The position numbers and the translations under genes were made by a program. This document shows, one piece after another, positions 49,870-62,557 of a stretch of DNA of 64,000 nucleotides. The stretch's first letter is position 1. Every line of letters starts with the position of its first letter. The stretch covers positions 6,448,001 to 6,512,000 of the forward strand of contig NC_086097.1 in assembly GCF_963921235.1 (NCBI RefSeq). Reading direction: 5' to 3'. The notes under the pieces are model-generated. The model saw only the letters and a list, made by a program, of their open reading frames with translations. It had not been told where the DNA came from and searched no databases. The stretch is from Mobula hypostoma (taxonomy: Eukaryota).

Positions 49870-52800
49870 GATATTTCCAGGCAATGCCAAGTTTTGTGGC
49901 CAGCCAGGACATTTCCGGGATACTTGCCCTCAGCGGCGAAAAGGGAAAGCTCACCAGTGAAAATGGGGGCCCTGGTCAGCCGGGTGATACTCCCTTCAGC
50001 CCCCCAGACTCGGATGCAGATCCCGGCTACCATGAATTACCAACGACAGTCCCTGTCCCCATCCGCTTTGGTGGATTCCGGTGCTGAAGGCAATCTGCTG
50101 GACGAAGGGATAGCCATCCAGGCCGGAATACCTCGCAAGCTGCTAACTATCCCCCTGGAGGCCCGGGCCCTGGATGGAAAACTACTGGCTCGAGTGACCC
50201 ACCGTACGTCGCCCCTGACCTTGATCCTGTCTGGCAACCATCGGGAGGAGGTACGATTCAGTCTCATTCATTCACCTCAAGCGCTGGTAGTTCTAGGGTA
50301 TCCATGGCTGACCCAATACAATCCCCACATCGACTGGTCTAACGGGAGGATAGCCAAATGGAGCCAGTCTTGCCACGCCAACTGCCTGTGGTCAGCCCCA
50401 TCTCCCAGAGAAGGTACCGCGACCCTGACTGTCCCGGAACCCCTCGATTTGTCCCGAGTCACCACAGAATACCATGACCTGGGACAGGTGTTCAGTAAAC
50501 AACGGGCCCTTTCCCTGCCTCCGCACCACCCATATGATTGTGGCATCGACCTTCTCCCTAGGGCCTCGCTACCCACCAGTCGCCTTTTTAACCTATCCCG
50601 ACAGGAGAGAGGCCATGAAGAAGTACATTAGTGAGTCCCTCGCGGCGGGCATTATCACACCTTCATCCTCCCCCGGTAGGCGCCAGTTTCTTCTTTGTGG
50701 AAAAGAAGGACTGGTCGCTTCGTCCTTGTATTGATTACAGAGGCCTAAACAGTATAACAGTTAAGAATAAGTACCCTCTACCCCTCATTAGATCGGCTTT
50801 TGAACCACTGCATGGAGCCACCATCTTCTCAAAGCTGGACCTTCGTAACACCAACCATCTAGTCAGGATGAGGGAGAGGAACGAGTGGAAGACGGCCTTC
50901 GATACACCTCTGGGCTTCTTCGAATATTTGGTCATGCCATTTGGCCTCACCAATGATCCCGCCATTTTTCAAGCCCTAAACAATGACGTACTGAGGGATT
51001 TTATTAATCGGTTCATATTGGTTTACCTTGATGATATCCTGATATTTTCTAGCACCCACCAAGAACACGTTCACCATGTCCGTCAAGTCCTCCAGAGACT
51101 GTGGGAAAACCAGTTATTTGTAAAGGCGGAGAAATGCGAGTTCTACATTCCTTCGGTCAGCTTCCTGGGTTATATCATTGAGAGCGGGCAGGTGAGAGCA
51201 GACCCCGAGAAGATCCGGGCAGTGGAAGAATGGCCTAGGCCCACGACCCGCAAACAACTTCAACGATTCCTGGGGTTTGTAAACTTCTACCGCCGACTTA
51301 TCAGAGACTACAGTCGAGTGGCTTCCCCCTTTACCCGGCTTACCTCGCCTACCATCCCCTTCTGTTGAGACTCCGAAGCTGACTCGGCGTTCACTGACCT
51401 GAAGAGGCGTTTCACCACCGCTCCCATCCTGGTCCATCCGGACCCTTCCCGCCAATTCATTGTTGAGGTGGACGCCTCTGACTCCGGGATAGAAGCAGTC
51501 CTGTCCCAACGATCAAGTTCGGACAAAAAGCTTCACCCCTGTGCCTTATGTTCTTGCCGACTGTCCCCTGCCGAGTGGAATTACGACGTGGGGAATCGGG
51601 TACTCCTGGCACTCAAACTAGCATTGGAAGAATGGAGGCACTGGCTAGAGGGGGCAGAACAACCAGTTGTGGTGTGGACTGATTATAAAAATTAAGACCG
51701 CCGAAAGTTTGAACTCCCGCCATTGAACTCCATTGGGCATTATTTTATTGACAGTTCAAGTTTTCCCTCACATACTGTCCAGGGTCCAAAACGGGAAGCC
51801 GGATGTGCTTTCCCGCCAATACGACTCCAAGGCGGACACTTCTAGCCCAGGGACTATCCCCTCACCATCCTGTGTGGTTGCCACACTCACTTGGGAGATC
51901 GAGCACAAAGTAAAAGAAGCCCAATGAGACGACCCCGACCCCGGCAGTGGACCCGGTGATCGCCGGTATGTGCCCGTTTCCGTCAGGTCTCAGGTTCTCC
52001 AATCGGGGCACACATCTCGGTTCGCCTGCCACCCTGGGAGTGATCGGACCCTAGTGCTCCTGAAAAAACACTTTTGGTGGCCATCCATGGAGGTGGATAC
52101 CCATTAATATGTCTCGGCATGTTCCATCTTTGCCTGGGGAAAAGCCTCTCACCGGCCACATGCGGGTTTACTTCGTCCTCTACCTGTCCCTGGTCATCCC
52201 TGGTTGCACATCACCCGAGAGTTCACCACCAGTCTACCGCCTTCACATGGAAACACCACCGTACTCACCGTGTTAGACCGGTTCTCCAAGGCGGTGCCCT
52301 TCGTAGCCCTCCCTAAACTCCCTTCCTTTCAAGAAACCGCAGATCTTCTCATCCGCCACGTCTTCCACCTCCACGGAATCCCCGCGGACATCGTCTCCGA
52401 TCGAGGTCCCCAGTTCATCTCGCAGGTATGGAAGGCATTCTGTCAAATCTTCGGTCAGACTGTCATCCGGCTTCCATCCCCAGACGAACGGGCAGACGGA
52501 AGGGGTCAACCAAGACCTGGAGGCGATGCTACCTTGTGTAATGGCAGACAACCCGTCGACCTGGAGCGACCACCTCCCGTGGGTTGAGTACGCCCACAAC
52601 TCCCTTGCGAATTCTGCCATTGGAAGGTCTCCATTCGAATTCTCCCTGGGGTACAAACCCCCGCTGTTCCCCGCGCAAGAAGAGGAGGTTGCGGTACTGT
52701 CGGTTCAGGACCATATCGATTGGTGCCTTAAGGTTTGGGAGCAGACACGCACGGCCCTACTCAGATCAGCAAATCGCAATAAAAAGATGGCCGACCGACA

Positions 52801-53672
52801 CCAGACTCCGGCGCCTGAGCACCAACCGGGGCAGATGGTGTGGCTTTCATCCAAGGACATCCCGCTCAAGAACGAGCAGAGGAAACTCGCCCCTCGCTTC
52901 CTGGGACCATTCAGGTCGAAAGTGTTATCAATCACGCAGCGGTTCGCCTAAAACTGCCAAGATCTATGCGCATCCACCTGACTTTCCATGTTTCCCAGTT
53001 AAAGCCAGTTTCCATCAGCCCCTTGTGTCCCCCGGCTGAGACTCCCCCACCTGCCCGTATGATCGACAACCACCCGGCATACACCGTCCGACGGCTACTG
53101 GCTGTGCGCCGTCGGGGCAGGGATCTCCAATATCTGGTGGACTCTGAAGGGTACGGTCCAGAAGAGCGTTCCTGGGTCCCCCGCTCCTTCATCCTAGACC
53201 CTTCCCTCATCCAGGACTTTCATCGGGACCATCCAGACAGGCCTGGAGGATCACCTGGAGGCTCCCGTTGAGGGAGGGATACTGTTGTGGTTCCTTCTGG
53301 CAATCCCCCACCTTCATTATTTACCTCAGGAATTGGGCCTCAATCCCCTCATTTAATTTCTAGTCATTCCCAGGTTCCACTAACTACACACACCTGCTTC
53401 CCATCAGAAAATGCAGGATAAAGACCCTGTGATCACAACAAGGATCTGCCAGTTCGTTGGTCGACTCTGGTGTGAGTAACCACGTTTCATGATTCTTAGC
53501 ACTGTTAGTTCTAAGTCAAGCATCGCTCCTGGATTCTCTCCAAACCTAAGACTTCGAGTAAAGACTCTCCTGAAAACCGATTCCACGCTCACTATGGAAA
53601 TAATGCCCCCCGACTCTGCCCCCACGCCCGTGTTCTGCACTTGGGTTCGTCCGCCGCCAAGCTCATGTAACA
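49870..53672 (+). mobile_element. Sushi-like chromovirus (Ty3/Gypsy) lacking the 5' LTR; 3' LTR at 53283-53672
   Basis: Knuckle FCGQPGHFRDTC, then PR-RT-RH-IN-chromodomain, PPT gagggagggatac, and LTR TGTTG...TAACA. Confidence 0.93.
49962..53271 (+). pseudogene. Gypsy pol pseudogene (protease, RT, RNase H, integrase, chromodomain)
   Basis: [39 protein letters not shown] and [16 protein letters not shown] motifs; several frameshifts and stops. Confidence 0.93.
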
Positions 53673-53870
53673 GGAATACAGGAGGATGTTTACTCTGGGT
53701 AGGATACAAGATGTTTACTCTGGGTGGGTGTAATCCAGAGAGCCGTGCCTGTCACAGCTCAGCACTGCCCTCTTCTCCCCTTGTAAATAAACTCCTTATT
53801 GTTAAAACTGTGTGTCTAGAATCCTTGCCTTTGAGACCCAAAGAATCTGCCTCATTTCCATCAGAACATT

Positions 53871-53889
53871 TGGCGCTGCGAAGCAGGGT
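53871..53889 (+). promoter_or_regulatory. Primer binding site, tRNA-Ser-like
   Basis: TGGCGCTGCGAAGCAGGGT lies 2 nt after the LTR. It resembles the complement of recalled vertebrate tRNA-Ser(UGA/CGA) 3' ends. Confidence 0.7.
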
Positions 53890-53925
53890 CTCACAGGTCT
53901 TGGTTGGACACAGAGCACAGGGGGA

Positions 53926-55130
53926 ATGTTCTGGAACAAGGGGAAGAAAGCCAGTGCAGGCACCCAGAATAAGATCCCCGGGTGGACCGATGAAAGGGAG
54001 GGATTTGAGAGTCTGGTGAGCATGCTGGCAAACCACAGGAAACCTGCGGACTGATCTGAGCAGCTAGACCCCCGTGGCGAGAAGCCGGGCCAGCACGTGG
54101 TCTCCCTCCCTAAGGAATCAGGGTTCCCCAAAGCCAAGGGGAGTCAAAGAGGTGCCTTTTGGTCGTTTGCGTTCCTGCTGAGACGCCAGGTCAGGATTAC
54201 CGACGACATTCAGCACTTGCGTGGTCAGAAGGACAAGGGGCTAGAAGAACTCCGGCAGAGCTGCTGCATGCTGGAGGAGGCAGCCAAGGAGCTCGAAGTC
54301 AGGGGATCTGAGGTCGTCTGCAGGCTCATACAACTGCAGCAGGTGCGGGCAGCCCGTCGGTCTGGCTGGCAGCCGGACCGGCTAAAGATTCGAGCCCTGG
54401 TCCAGCGCAGCGACAAGCTGGACGCGTGGCTGGTGTACGGGGACATCCGGCTGGATAGCGACGAGGAGGGGGTGCCCGAGGAGCCTAGGTCCCACAACCA
54501 CCCTTCCCCCTTCTCACCTGCTCAATAACATGCCTGACCCGTCACCACGCGGTCCCAGGTTCACCGCAGGGAGGAAGGGGATGAGCGGGGCCCGGCCAGA
54601 CCTACCCCTGGTCACTCCGAGACCACGGAGACCCGGGACTTCGCCCCCAAGGAGATGTCCCAACTGTCGGATCGGTACCGCCTACAACCAGGCGAGTACC
54701 TGGCCGCCCGGATGCTCCGGCTGTGGGACGCGGGGCGGGGGTGCTGTCCCAACCTCAGCCTCTCCCATTAGGAGGCAAGCGCTCTGTGAAGCCTCCCTGA
54801 CCAGCAGAGCATAAATAATGCGCTGTGGGCGCCACAAACACGAGACCGCGATGGCACTACCCTGTGGGATCGGGCAGTGACCGCGGTAAGAGCCCGATAT
54901 CCCACCCTTCTGGAGTGGGATCTACACGGGCGCCCGCAATGGGGTACGGTCAGTGAGGGCACCCGGCTTATCAGGGAATGGGCACTGGTCAACGGCATCT
55001 ATCAATGCGCCTGCGACCGTAACTTCCTCGAAAACAGACGAGTGACCGGTGCCCTTGCAGGATACCTGGTCACTACCGCGCGCCCCGACCCGAAGGCAGT
55101 TATCCTGCCCCTCATGGCACCAGCCAGTGG
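53926..55130 (+). pseudogene. gag: ERV-L/S-like gag pseudogene (one frame, five point stops)
   Basis: KIRALV...YGDI.LDSDEE, A*PVTT, TRDFAPKEM...YRLQPGEYLAARMLRLWDAG, TLWDRAVTAVRARYP and WGTVSEGTRLIREWA motifs. Confidence 0.8.
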
Positions 55131-55142
55131 TAGGACCGTACG

Positions 55143-55340
55143 GACTCCATTCAAACCCCACTACAGGAGGCAGTTATTAGACCCACAGCATCCCCTTTCA
55201 ACAGCCCCGTTTGGCCCGTCCGCAAAAAGAACGGCTCCTGGCCGATGGGGACCGTTGACTACAGGCACCCAAACAAAGCTGCAACTCCCCCCGGCCACCA
55301 CCGTACCCGACATTGTCACCTTCATTGAGGACATCTCAGG
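55143..55340 (+). pseudogene. pol: Class III retroviral RT N-terminal fragment
   Basis: VIRPTASPFNSPVWPVRKKNGSWPMGTVDYRHPNKAATP, then a frameshift to ATTVPDIVTFIEDIS. Confidence 0.85.
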
Positions 55341-57048
55341 ACATCCACATAAACTGCTCAGCACTGCCCTCTACCTGGTCGGAAGACACACCACATGCCA
55401 GTCAACATTTCACCCCTCCCAACTAATCAACACACACTTAACCATTGGCCACCTTAATTGGATTTTAACCCGTCTAGCACCAAGCCGTTGCTCCCCCCCA
55501 CCCCCGCCCCGATGAATCACCTGGGCTGGACCCTCCAGCCCCCTGACCTATAAAGGGTGCTACATGTGCTTGGCTCGCTTTCTTTTTCTGCTATCTCCGA
55601 GGGACCACCCTGCTGTTGGTGAGTTGCGCATTGAGTAAGGTTTTGGGGGCGTTTATTGTTGTCCCTGTAGAAGAGAGCCGTGCCTGCCCATAGTCAAGGG
55701 GTGGCAGGTACCGTAGTTACTTTTCCCTTGCTTGTATATGTACCTGTACTCTGTCCCCACACCGCTTTCCCGTGTATTGTACTGCCGACCCGGCTTTTCC
55801 CACGCTCGTCTATTCTAAGTGTGCTTGCGTGAATATTGTAGCTGCTTGTGTTGTCGCCAAGCTCTCCTCTCCTTGTAAATAAACTCCTTATTGTTAAAAC
55901 TGTGTGTCCAGAATCCTTGACTTTGACACTCAAAGAATCTGTCTCGTTTCCATCACAACAGTGGGTACAGGAGGATGCTTACTCTGGGTGGGATATAGGT
56001 GTTTACTCTGGGTGGGATACAGGTGTTTACTCTGGGTGGGATACAGGATGATGTTTACCCTGGGTGGGATTCAGGAGGATGCTTACTCTGGGTGGGATTC
56101 AGGTGTTTACTCTGGGTGGGGAGTCTAGAAGCAGGTGATTTCGGTCTCAGGGTATTTAGGACTGAGGAGGATATAAATCATGAGTAAAAGAGAGCCTGCT
56201 GTCTCCTTAGGTCTGTTGTGACATGCAATTAAATCCCAGCTGATCCAATCTTGCCTCAGTATTAATCCAGGTGATCAACACGGAGATCTGAGCACCAATC
56301 CCTGTGGTACTTGAATAATTTCTGATTTCCAACCCATAAAGACAAGCACATTTATCCCAAATTTGTTTTCTGTTTGTTCACTAACTCTTTCTTTTTGCCA
56401 AGATATTATCCACAACGCTTTGCATTCTGATATGCTATCTTTTATGAGACACCTTTTTGAATGTCTTGAAGAAATCCAGATACACTGTATCTTCTGTTTT
56501 CACCTTTATCCTCCAGGTTGTCACATTCCCTTCTTGTAAGTCTGTCAAGCTCTATTTTTCTTTAATATGATTTTCTAGATTTCCTTCACATTGCCTCAAA
56601 AATGGATCACGGCATTTTCACAATAATGCATGTTAGTCTAACTGGGTTATTGCTTCTAGTTTTCTGTCTCCTTTCTTGAAAGCTACCATTCTTCAATTGT
56701 ATTTTGTTTTACTGATGCTATCTGATCTCACCTGGATGGAAGGAGTTTAGTTGGTTACAACTAATGCATCCACTATGTCTTTGGAGCCTCTTCATTTCAA
56801 ACTCTAATTGGAGAAATGTCTTGAAGGAGCAAGTAGAGAAATGTACTGAATTAGTGAATTTAATCAGAGGCATGAGGAGACTTATTAAATGCGTTTGTTC
56901 AGAAGACCACAAGTCTTGGGGCAGAATTAGGCTGTTCAGTCCATTGACTCTACTTCATAATTCCATCATGGCTGATTTATTATCCCCCTCAAACCCTATT
57001 CCCTCCATAACTTTTGATGAACTTACTAATCAAGAACCCATCAATATC

Positions 57049-60000
57049 TGTGAAGTATGGCTCTAATAGATCTATTTCTTTTAGAGCAATGACTCCTGTT
57101 AGCACTACGTATGGACTGCTAACTTACCTATGTGCATTGATATGTTGTCTATGCATGTGTATTGATCTGCCCTCTCTCTCGCTCAATGTGAATACTTCTG
57201 CTGAAGCTATCTCCCGTGTACATGCTTTTATTTAATTGACATGTAGTTGCACAGTTTCAACAAATTGGTGACGAGTATGAAGCTAAATGTCAGAGAATAT
57301 CAACAACTGCACCAACCATTACAGGATGATTACGGAATGAAAGAGCAAGAGGAAAGAGTTAAACAGTATGTAGAAAGCAGTCACAGATGCTAACGAAGGA
57401 ATGTGTGAGTAACCGCATAGTACACAGTGTGAGACGCACAACTAGCAAAGTTAAAGTGAAAATAACATGGTGCTGACTTGTGAAAGTTGATGAATTGGAT
57501 AGCGCTAATGAAGGCTGGGAGTTGTATTTTGTGAGGATTGAACTGTATTGTAATGTGAACAACATGGATGAGCAATAGGTGCTAAAACGTACAGTCTCTT
57601 ACATATTCTAGTAACCCCTGAAAAGTGAACAAGCAACACTTCCAAGGAAATTGGTGCCATTTTACAAAATCACTTGAGCCCTAAACTGCTAGTAATAGCT
57701 GAGAGATTTAGATTTTAGAAAAGGAACCGGTCAAAGCATTTCTGAAAACATTGCACAAACTTTCCCAGTACTGTGACTTTGGAGATGGGGTTTCTGATAC
57801 ATTAAGGGACAGGTTTGCATGTGCATGCATAGTCAAAGCACTCAAAAGTGGCCATTGTCAGAAAGAGACCTAACCTTAAAACGGACATTGACCATTGTAA
57901 TATCATTAGAGACTGCAGCAAAGGATGCAGCAGAACTACAGAAAAAGAGTTTAGAATGTGAAATGCAGAAAATGTCCCCGAATGGTACAAAAAGCCATAA
58001 ATGTTTTTGATGTGGCAAATCCTCCCATGATGCAAATGACTGTTAGTTGAAAGAAAAAGTTTGCAGAAAGAGTCACCGACAAGACAAACATGTGCAAGGC
58101 AGACTAAAATCATAACCGAGTGAAAAACCTCAAATACAAAACTAAACAAACATATAAAATGAACGAATGTGAAACAGACAACACAGAGTCAGACAAAGGT
58201 GAGCTATCATGCCTAGAATTCCATAGTATTACTGAAGCAGACCACAAAATCATATGGATAACAATAGAAGTGTCTGGTGTAAAACTGAAAATGGAGCTAA
58301 ATTTAGGGTCAGTTTTGTCTATAATTTCAGAGGCTGACTACAAAAGACTGTTTTCAGAGCTACCATTAGAGAAGACCTCAGTGAAGCTAAAGACCTAAAA
58401 AGACAAACTGAAAGTGAATGTGATGAATGGAGACCACATACAGCTTTATGTATTGAAAAGTGCTGGACCAGCAATTTTCAGACATGAATGGTTGAGAAAA
58501 ATCCAACTAAACTGGCACACAATCAATGTGTCATCAACAGGCAACTGCAGCCTAAATGGTAGCACTAAACAGAGACTGGCACATCTGCTTAATGCTAATG
58601 AGAAGATGTTTGAGAAGGGGTTTGCTAAACTCAAAGGCACGAAGGCCAGAATTGAACAGGATGAAGCAGCAACACAATGTTACAGCTATATAAGACCTTA
58701 ATTAGACCCCACTTGGAGCATTGAGTTCATTTCAGGTCACCTCACTAAAGGAAGGATGTGGAAACTATAGAAAGGCTGCAGAGGAGATTTATAAGGACGT
58801 TTCCTGGATTGGAGAGCATGGCTTATGAAAAACAGTTGTGTCAACTTGGATTTTTCTCCTTGGAGCGACGAAGGATGAGAGGTGACCTGATACAGGTGTA
58901 TAAGATGATGAGAGGAATTGTGTGTGTGGATAGCCTGATGCTTTTTCCCCAGGGCTGAAATGGCTAACATGAGGGGGCATAGTGTTAAAGTGCTTGGAAG
59001 TATGTACAAGGGGATGTCAGAGGTAAGTTTTTCATACAGAGAGTGGTGGGTGCATGGAATGTACTGCCAGCAAAGTTGGTAGAGGTGGATACAACAGGAT
59101 CTTTTAAGAGACTTCCAGATAGGTGCATGGAGCTTAGGAAAATAGAGGGCTATGCAGTAGGATAATTCTAGGCAGCTTCTTGAGTAGGTTGCATGGTCAG
59201 CACAACATTTTGGGCCAAAGGGCCTGTAATGCATTATAGATTTTCTATGTTCTAACACCAAGAATCAATAAAGCATGTTCAGTACCTTACGCATAAGTCC
59301 GAAAGTGGATGCTGAAATTCAGAGCTTGGTACCGTCCGGAATTCTGTCCAAGACTGAGGAAGCAATTGGGTCACACCCATTTTCCTGGGGATCAAGAAAG
59401 GGAAAGTCAGAGCTGTTCACGTATGTGGGGATTTCAAAATGACCATCAACCCAGTACTGCATACAGTACAGTATCCCCTGCCTCGAATAGAAGACATTTT
59501 TGCATCTTTGGAAGTGGGGAGATTTTTTCAAAGATTGACTTGTCACAAGCCTATCTACAAATGGAGACTGAGGAGTTAAACAAGAAGTTCCTCACAATCA
59601 ACACTCACAAGGGACAGTTCCAGTATAATTGTCTCATCTTCGATGTCGCATTAGCTCCAGCAATTTGACAAACAGCAATGGACAAAGTGCTCCCTGATAT
59701 CCCAGGAACACAATGTAACCTTGATGACATCGTCATGACTGGCAAGAGTGATGAAGAGCACCTCCAGAACCCTGGAAAATTGAGTATGGTCTGCGCATGA
59801 AGAGAGAGAAATGTGAGTTTTTCAAGAATGAAATCTCAGATTGCAGACATGTCATTGACAAGCGTAAGTCACAAGACTGAAGCAGTGCTACAGGAACCTA
59901 AACCAGAAAATGTGTCACAACTCAGGTCATACTTGGGCCTTCTCAACTACTACTAACAACTTCTCCCAAACATTGCCACAACGCTGCATCCATTGAATGC

Positions 60001-61275
60001 ACGGTCATAAACAGGAGCAAGCTGGGAATGGTCTGAAAGATGTGAAAGAGCATTCAAGGGAACAAGGTGCCTAATAACATTTCAATGAACTGCACATCCA
60101 ATATGATCCATCCTTACCCATCAGCCTGTCATACCATGTGTCCCCTTATGGCATTGGAGTCATTCTGTCACACACTATGAAAGATGGATCTGAACGTCCG
60201 AATCTGCTTGTTTCAAGATCACTGATGAGTGCAGAATGCAACTACACTCAGATCGATCGAGAGGCCCTTGGTCTAGTATGGGGCATAAAGAAGTTCCACC
60301 ACTACCTTTATGGACAAATGTTTACGCTAGTGACAGGCCACCAGCCCCTTGTGCCCACTTTCAATCGCAGGAAAGAAATACCAGTGAGGTCTGCTACCCG
60401 GTAACAACGTTGGACACTGCTCCTACAAGTCCAGTCTTATGACCTACAGTTCCAGGGTATCAAACAACACAGCAATGCTGATGGCTTGTCACGTCTTCTA
60501 CTGTTGACAAGTGAAGATGAAAAGTCTTCATACTGTGACCCAGCAGAATCAAACACCTGCAATGCTCTTCATGGACAGGAGTCTGAGATCTTGCATAGAC
60601 TTCCAGAAGCCAAACCTATGGAGGGAAGTGCAGAATAATCAGTTCAGCCAGTTACCTTATGAAGTGTTGATGCCGGACAGAAAGTCCTAGCACGTGATTA
60701 CCGCGAAGACAAGTGGACACGCTGTAGGATAGTTACAAGAACTGAACCACTGATGTACACTGTGGATGTTGGAGATCAGACATGGAGACACCATGTGGAC
60801 CAGATACTAGATGCTCAGCCTAAGAAGACATCTGAGCTGACTGCATCCATCAAGAAGGACACATTGCAGCCACTAGACTTGCCTCTCAGTGAAGATTACG
60901 TCACTAATAGCAATTCGACACCAGCAACCGAAAATGTTTTCTTTGACAAGACACCTGCCAAACCTGATGCTACTCCACAGGTCCAAAGAAACAGAATGCC
61001 AGAGAGAAGACTGAATTTTTAGTATGGCAAAGTTAGTTATGGACTGTTATTGTGAAAACATGTTTATTTAAATATGGTTTGTGAAAGCAAAATTGAATGT
61101 TTTGTACATATACATTTTTATGTTGCATTAATCTAAAGGGAGAGGAAGTGTAATGTATAGATCTATTTCTTTTAGAGCAATGACACCCCCCCCCCAGCAC
61201 TATTCATGGACTGATAACTTACCTATGTTCATTGATCTGTTGTCTACACATGTGTAATGATCTGCTCTCCCTCTC
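57049..61275 (+). mobile_element. Degenerate Mag-like Gypsy element with both LTRs
   Basis: 5' LTR ends at 57262, PBS TGGTGACGAG at 57266. FSKIDLSQAYLQ and NYTQIDREAL motifs. PPT then 3' LTR from 61149, matching the 5' LTR and truncated. Confidence 0.88.
58682..59253 (+). mobile_element. CR1 3' fragment nested in the Gypsy element
   Basis: LERRRMRGDLIQVYK motif and tttctatg tail. Confidence 0.88.
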
Positions 61276-61289
61276 CCCCCCCTCCCTCA

Positions 61290-62140
61290 CAGAAGAGGAA
61301 TGGGAAGTAAAATTAAAATGGGTGTCCACTGGGAGATCCTGCTTTTTCTGACAGATGGAGTGTAAATGCTCAGTGAAGCTGTCTCCCAATCTACATTGGG
61401 CCTCACCAATATACAGGAAGCCACACCGGGAGCACCGGATACAATAGATGACTCCAACAGACTCACAGGTGAAGTGTCCCCTCTCCTAGAAGAACTGCAT
61501 GGGGCCCTGAATGCTAGTGAAGGAGGAGGTGGTGTATCATTTGTTCTGCTTGCAAGGATGTGCCAGGAGGGAGATCAGTGTGGTGGGACGAATGGACAAG
61601 GGAATCACGTATGGAGAAATCCCTGTGGAAAGCAGAAAGTGGGGAAGTCAGGGGTGGGGGGGGGAAGATGAGTTTGGTGGTGGGATATTGTTGGAGGTGG
61701 CAGAAGTTATGGAGAATTATGTTCTGAATGCGGAGGCTGGCGGGGTGGTAGGTGAGGACAAGAGGAACCTTATCTCTGGTAGGGTGGCGGGAAGATGGGG
61801 TAAGGCCAGATTTGCGCGAAGTGGAAGAGATGCAGGTGAGGGCAAAGTTGTTGGTGGAGGAAGAGAAGCTCCTTTCTTTGAAGAAGGAGGACACCTCCTC
61901 TGTACAGGAATGAAAAGCCTCATCCTGTGTGTAGATGCAGTGGAGATCGTGGAATTGAGAAAAGGGGATGGCGTTTTTACAAGTAACAGTCTGGGATGAG
62001 GTATAGTCCAGTTAGCTGTGATAATCAGTGGGTTTATAAAAGATATCAGTAGATAAGCTGTCTCCAGAGACTGAGAAGGAGGAGGAAGGTTTTGGAAATG
62101 GACCAATTAAATATGAGGGCAGGGTGGAAGTTGGAGGCAA
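61290..62140 (-). mobile_element. Penelope-like element fragment (RT thumb and GIY-YIG endonuclease)
   Basis: MSSFFKER and DKVPLVLTYHP motifs. The minus strand near 61370-61470 reads CESVGVIYCIRCSRCGFLYIGE (GIY-YIG). Confidence 0.85.
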
Positions 62141-62309
62141 ATAAAAATAGTTACTATTCTCTAGATTTGCTGGGTCTGCCCGCAAGAAGATGAATCTTAG
62201 GTTGTATGTGGTGACATCTATGTACTTTGATAATGAAATTTAATTTCAACTTTGGCTCAGCCTTCACAGCTGTCTGTGACAATGAATTCCACAGATTTAC
62301 CAATTAATA

Positions 62310-62557
62310 AGGTACATTTACGACATACCGAGATACAACACTGGGCGGCACGGGAGGTTGTTCCTGCCTGTGGCCATCGAACTTTGCAGCTCCTCCCGTG
62401 GAGGGTCAGACACCCTGAGCCAATAGGACTTATTTCCATCTGGCATAGTTTGTATTTTGTTGTTTGATTGTTTGTGGTTTTCGTCTTGCTATCTTGGTTG
62501 GTGCGGCAGTAACGAAACCCAATTTCCCTCGGGATCAATAAGTATCTATCTATCTAT
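62310..62557 (+). mobile_element. Rex1-like 3' end with (tatc)n tail
   Basis: FLPVAI-type C-terminus and aatttccctcgggatcaataagtatctatctat. Confidence 0.6.

Larger units (their letters stand above)
53729..55960 (+). mobile_element. Deleted class III (ERV-L/ERV-S-like) endogenous retrovirus
   Basis: TG...CA termini, 5-bp TSD GTGGG, paired LTR ends (53729-53868 and ~55355-55960), PBS, gag and RT fragment. Confidence 0.88.
53673..56120 (+). repeat. ~24-bp minisatellite (GGATACAGGTGTTTACTCTGGGTG) split by the ERV insertion
   Basis: Units at 53673-53728 and 55961-56120. Confidence 0.9.

Noticed and set aside
49894..53271. Domesticated PEG10/RTL1-like gene
   Set aside because: Multiple stops and frameshifts plus a retained PPT and LTR indicate a decaying retrotransposon.
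55961..56120. CRISPR-like array
   Set aside because: Head-to-tail units with no unique spacers and no cas genes, in a eukaryotic context; it is a minisatellite.
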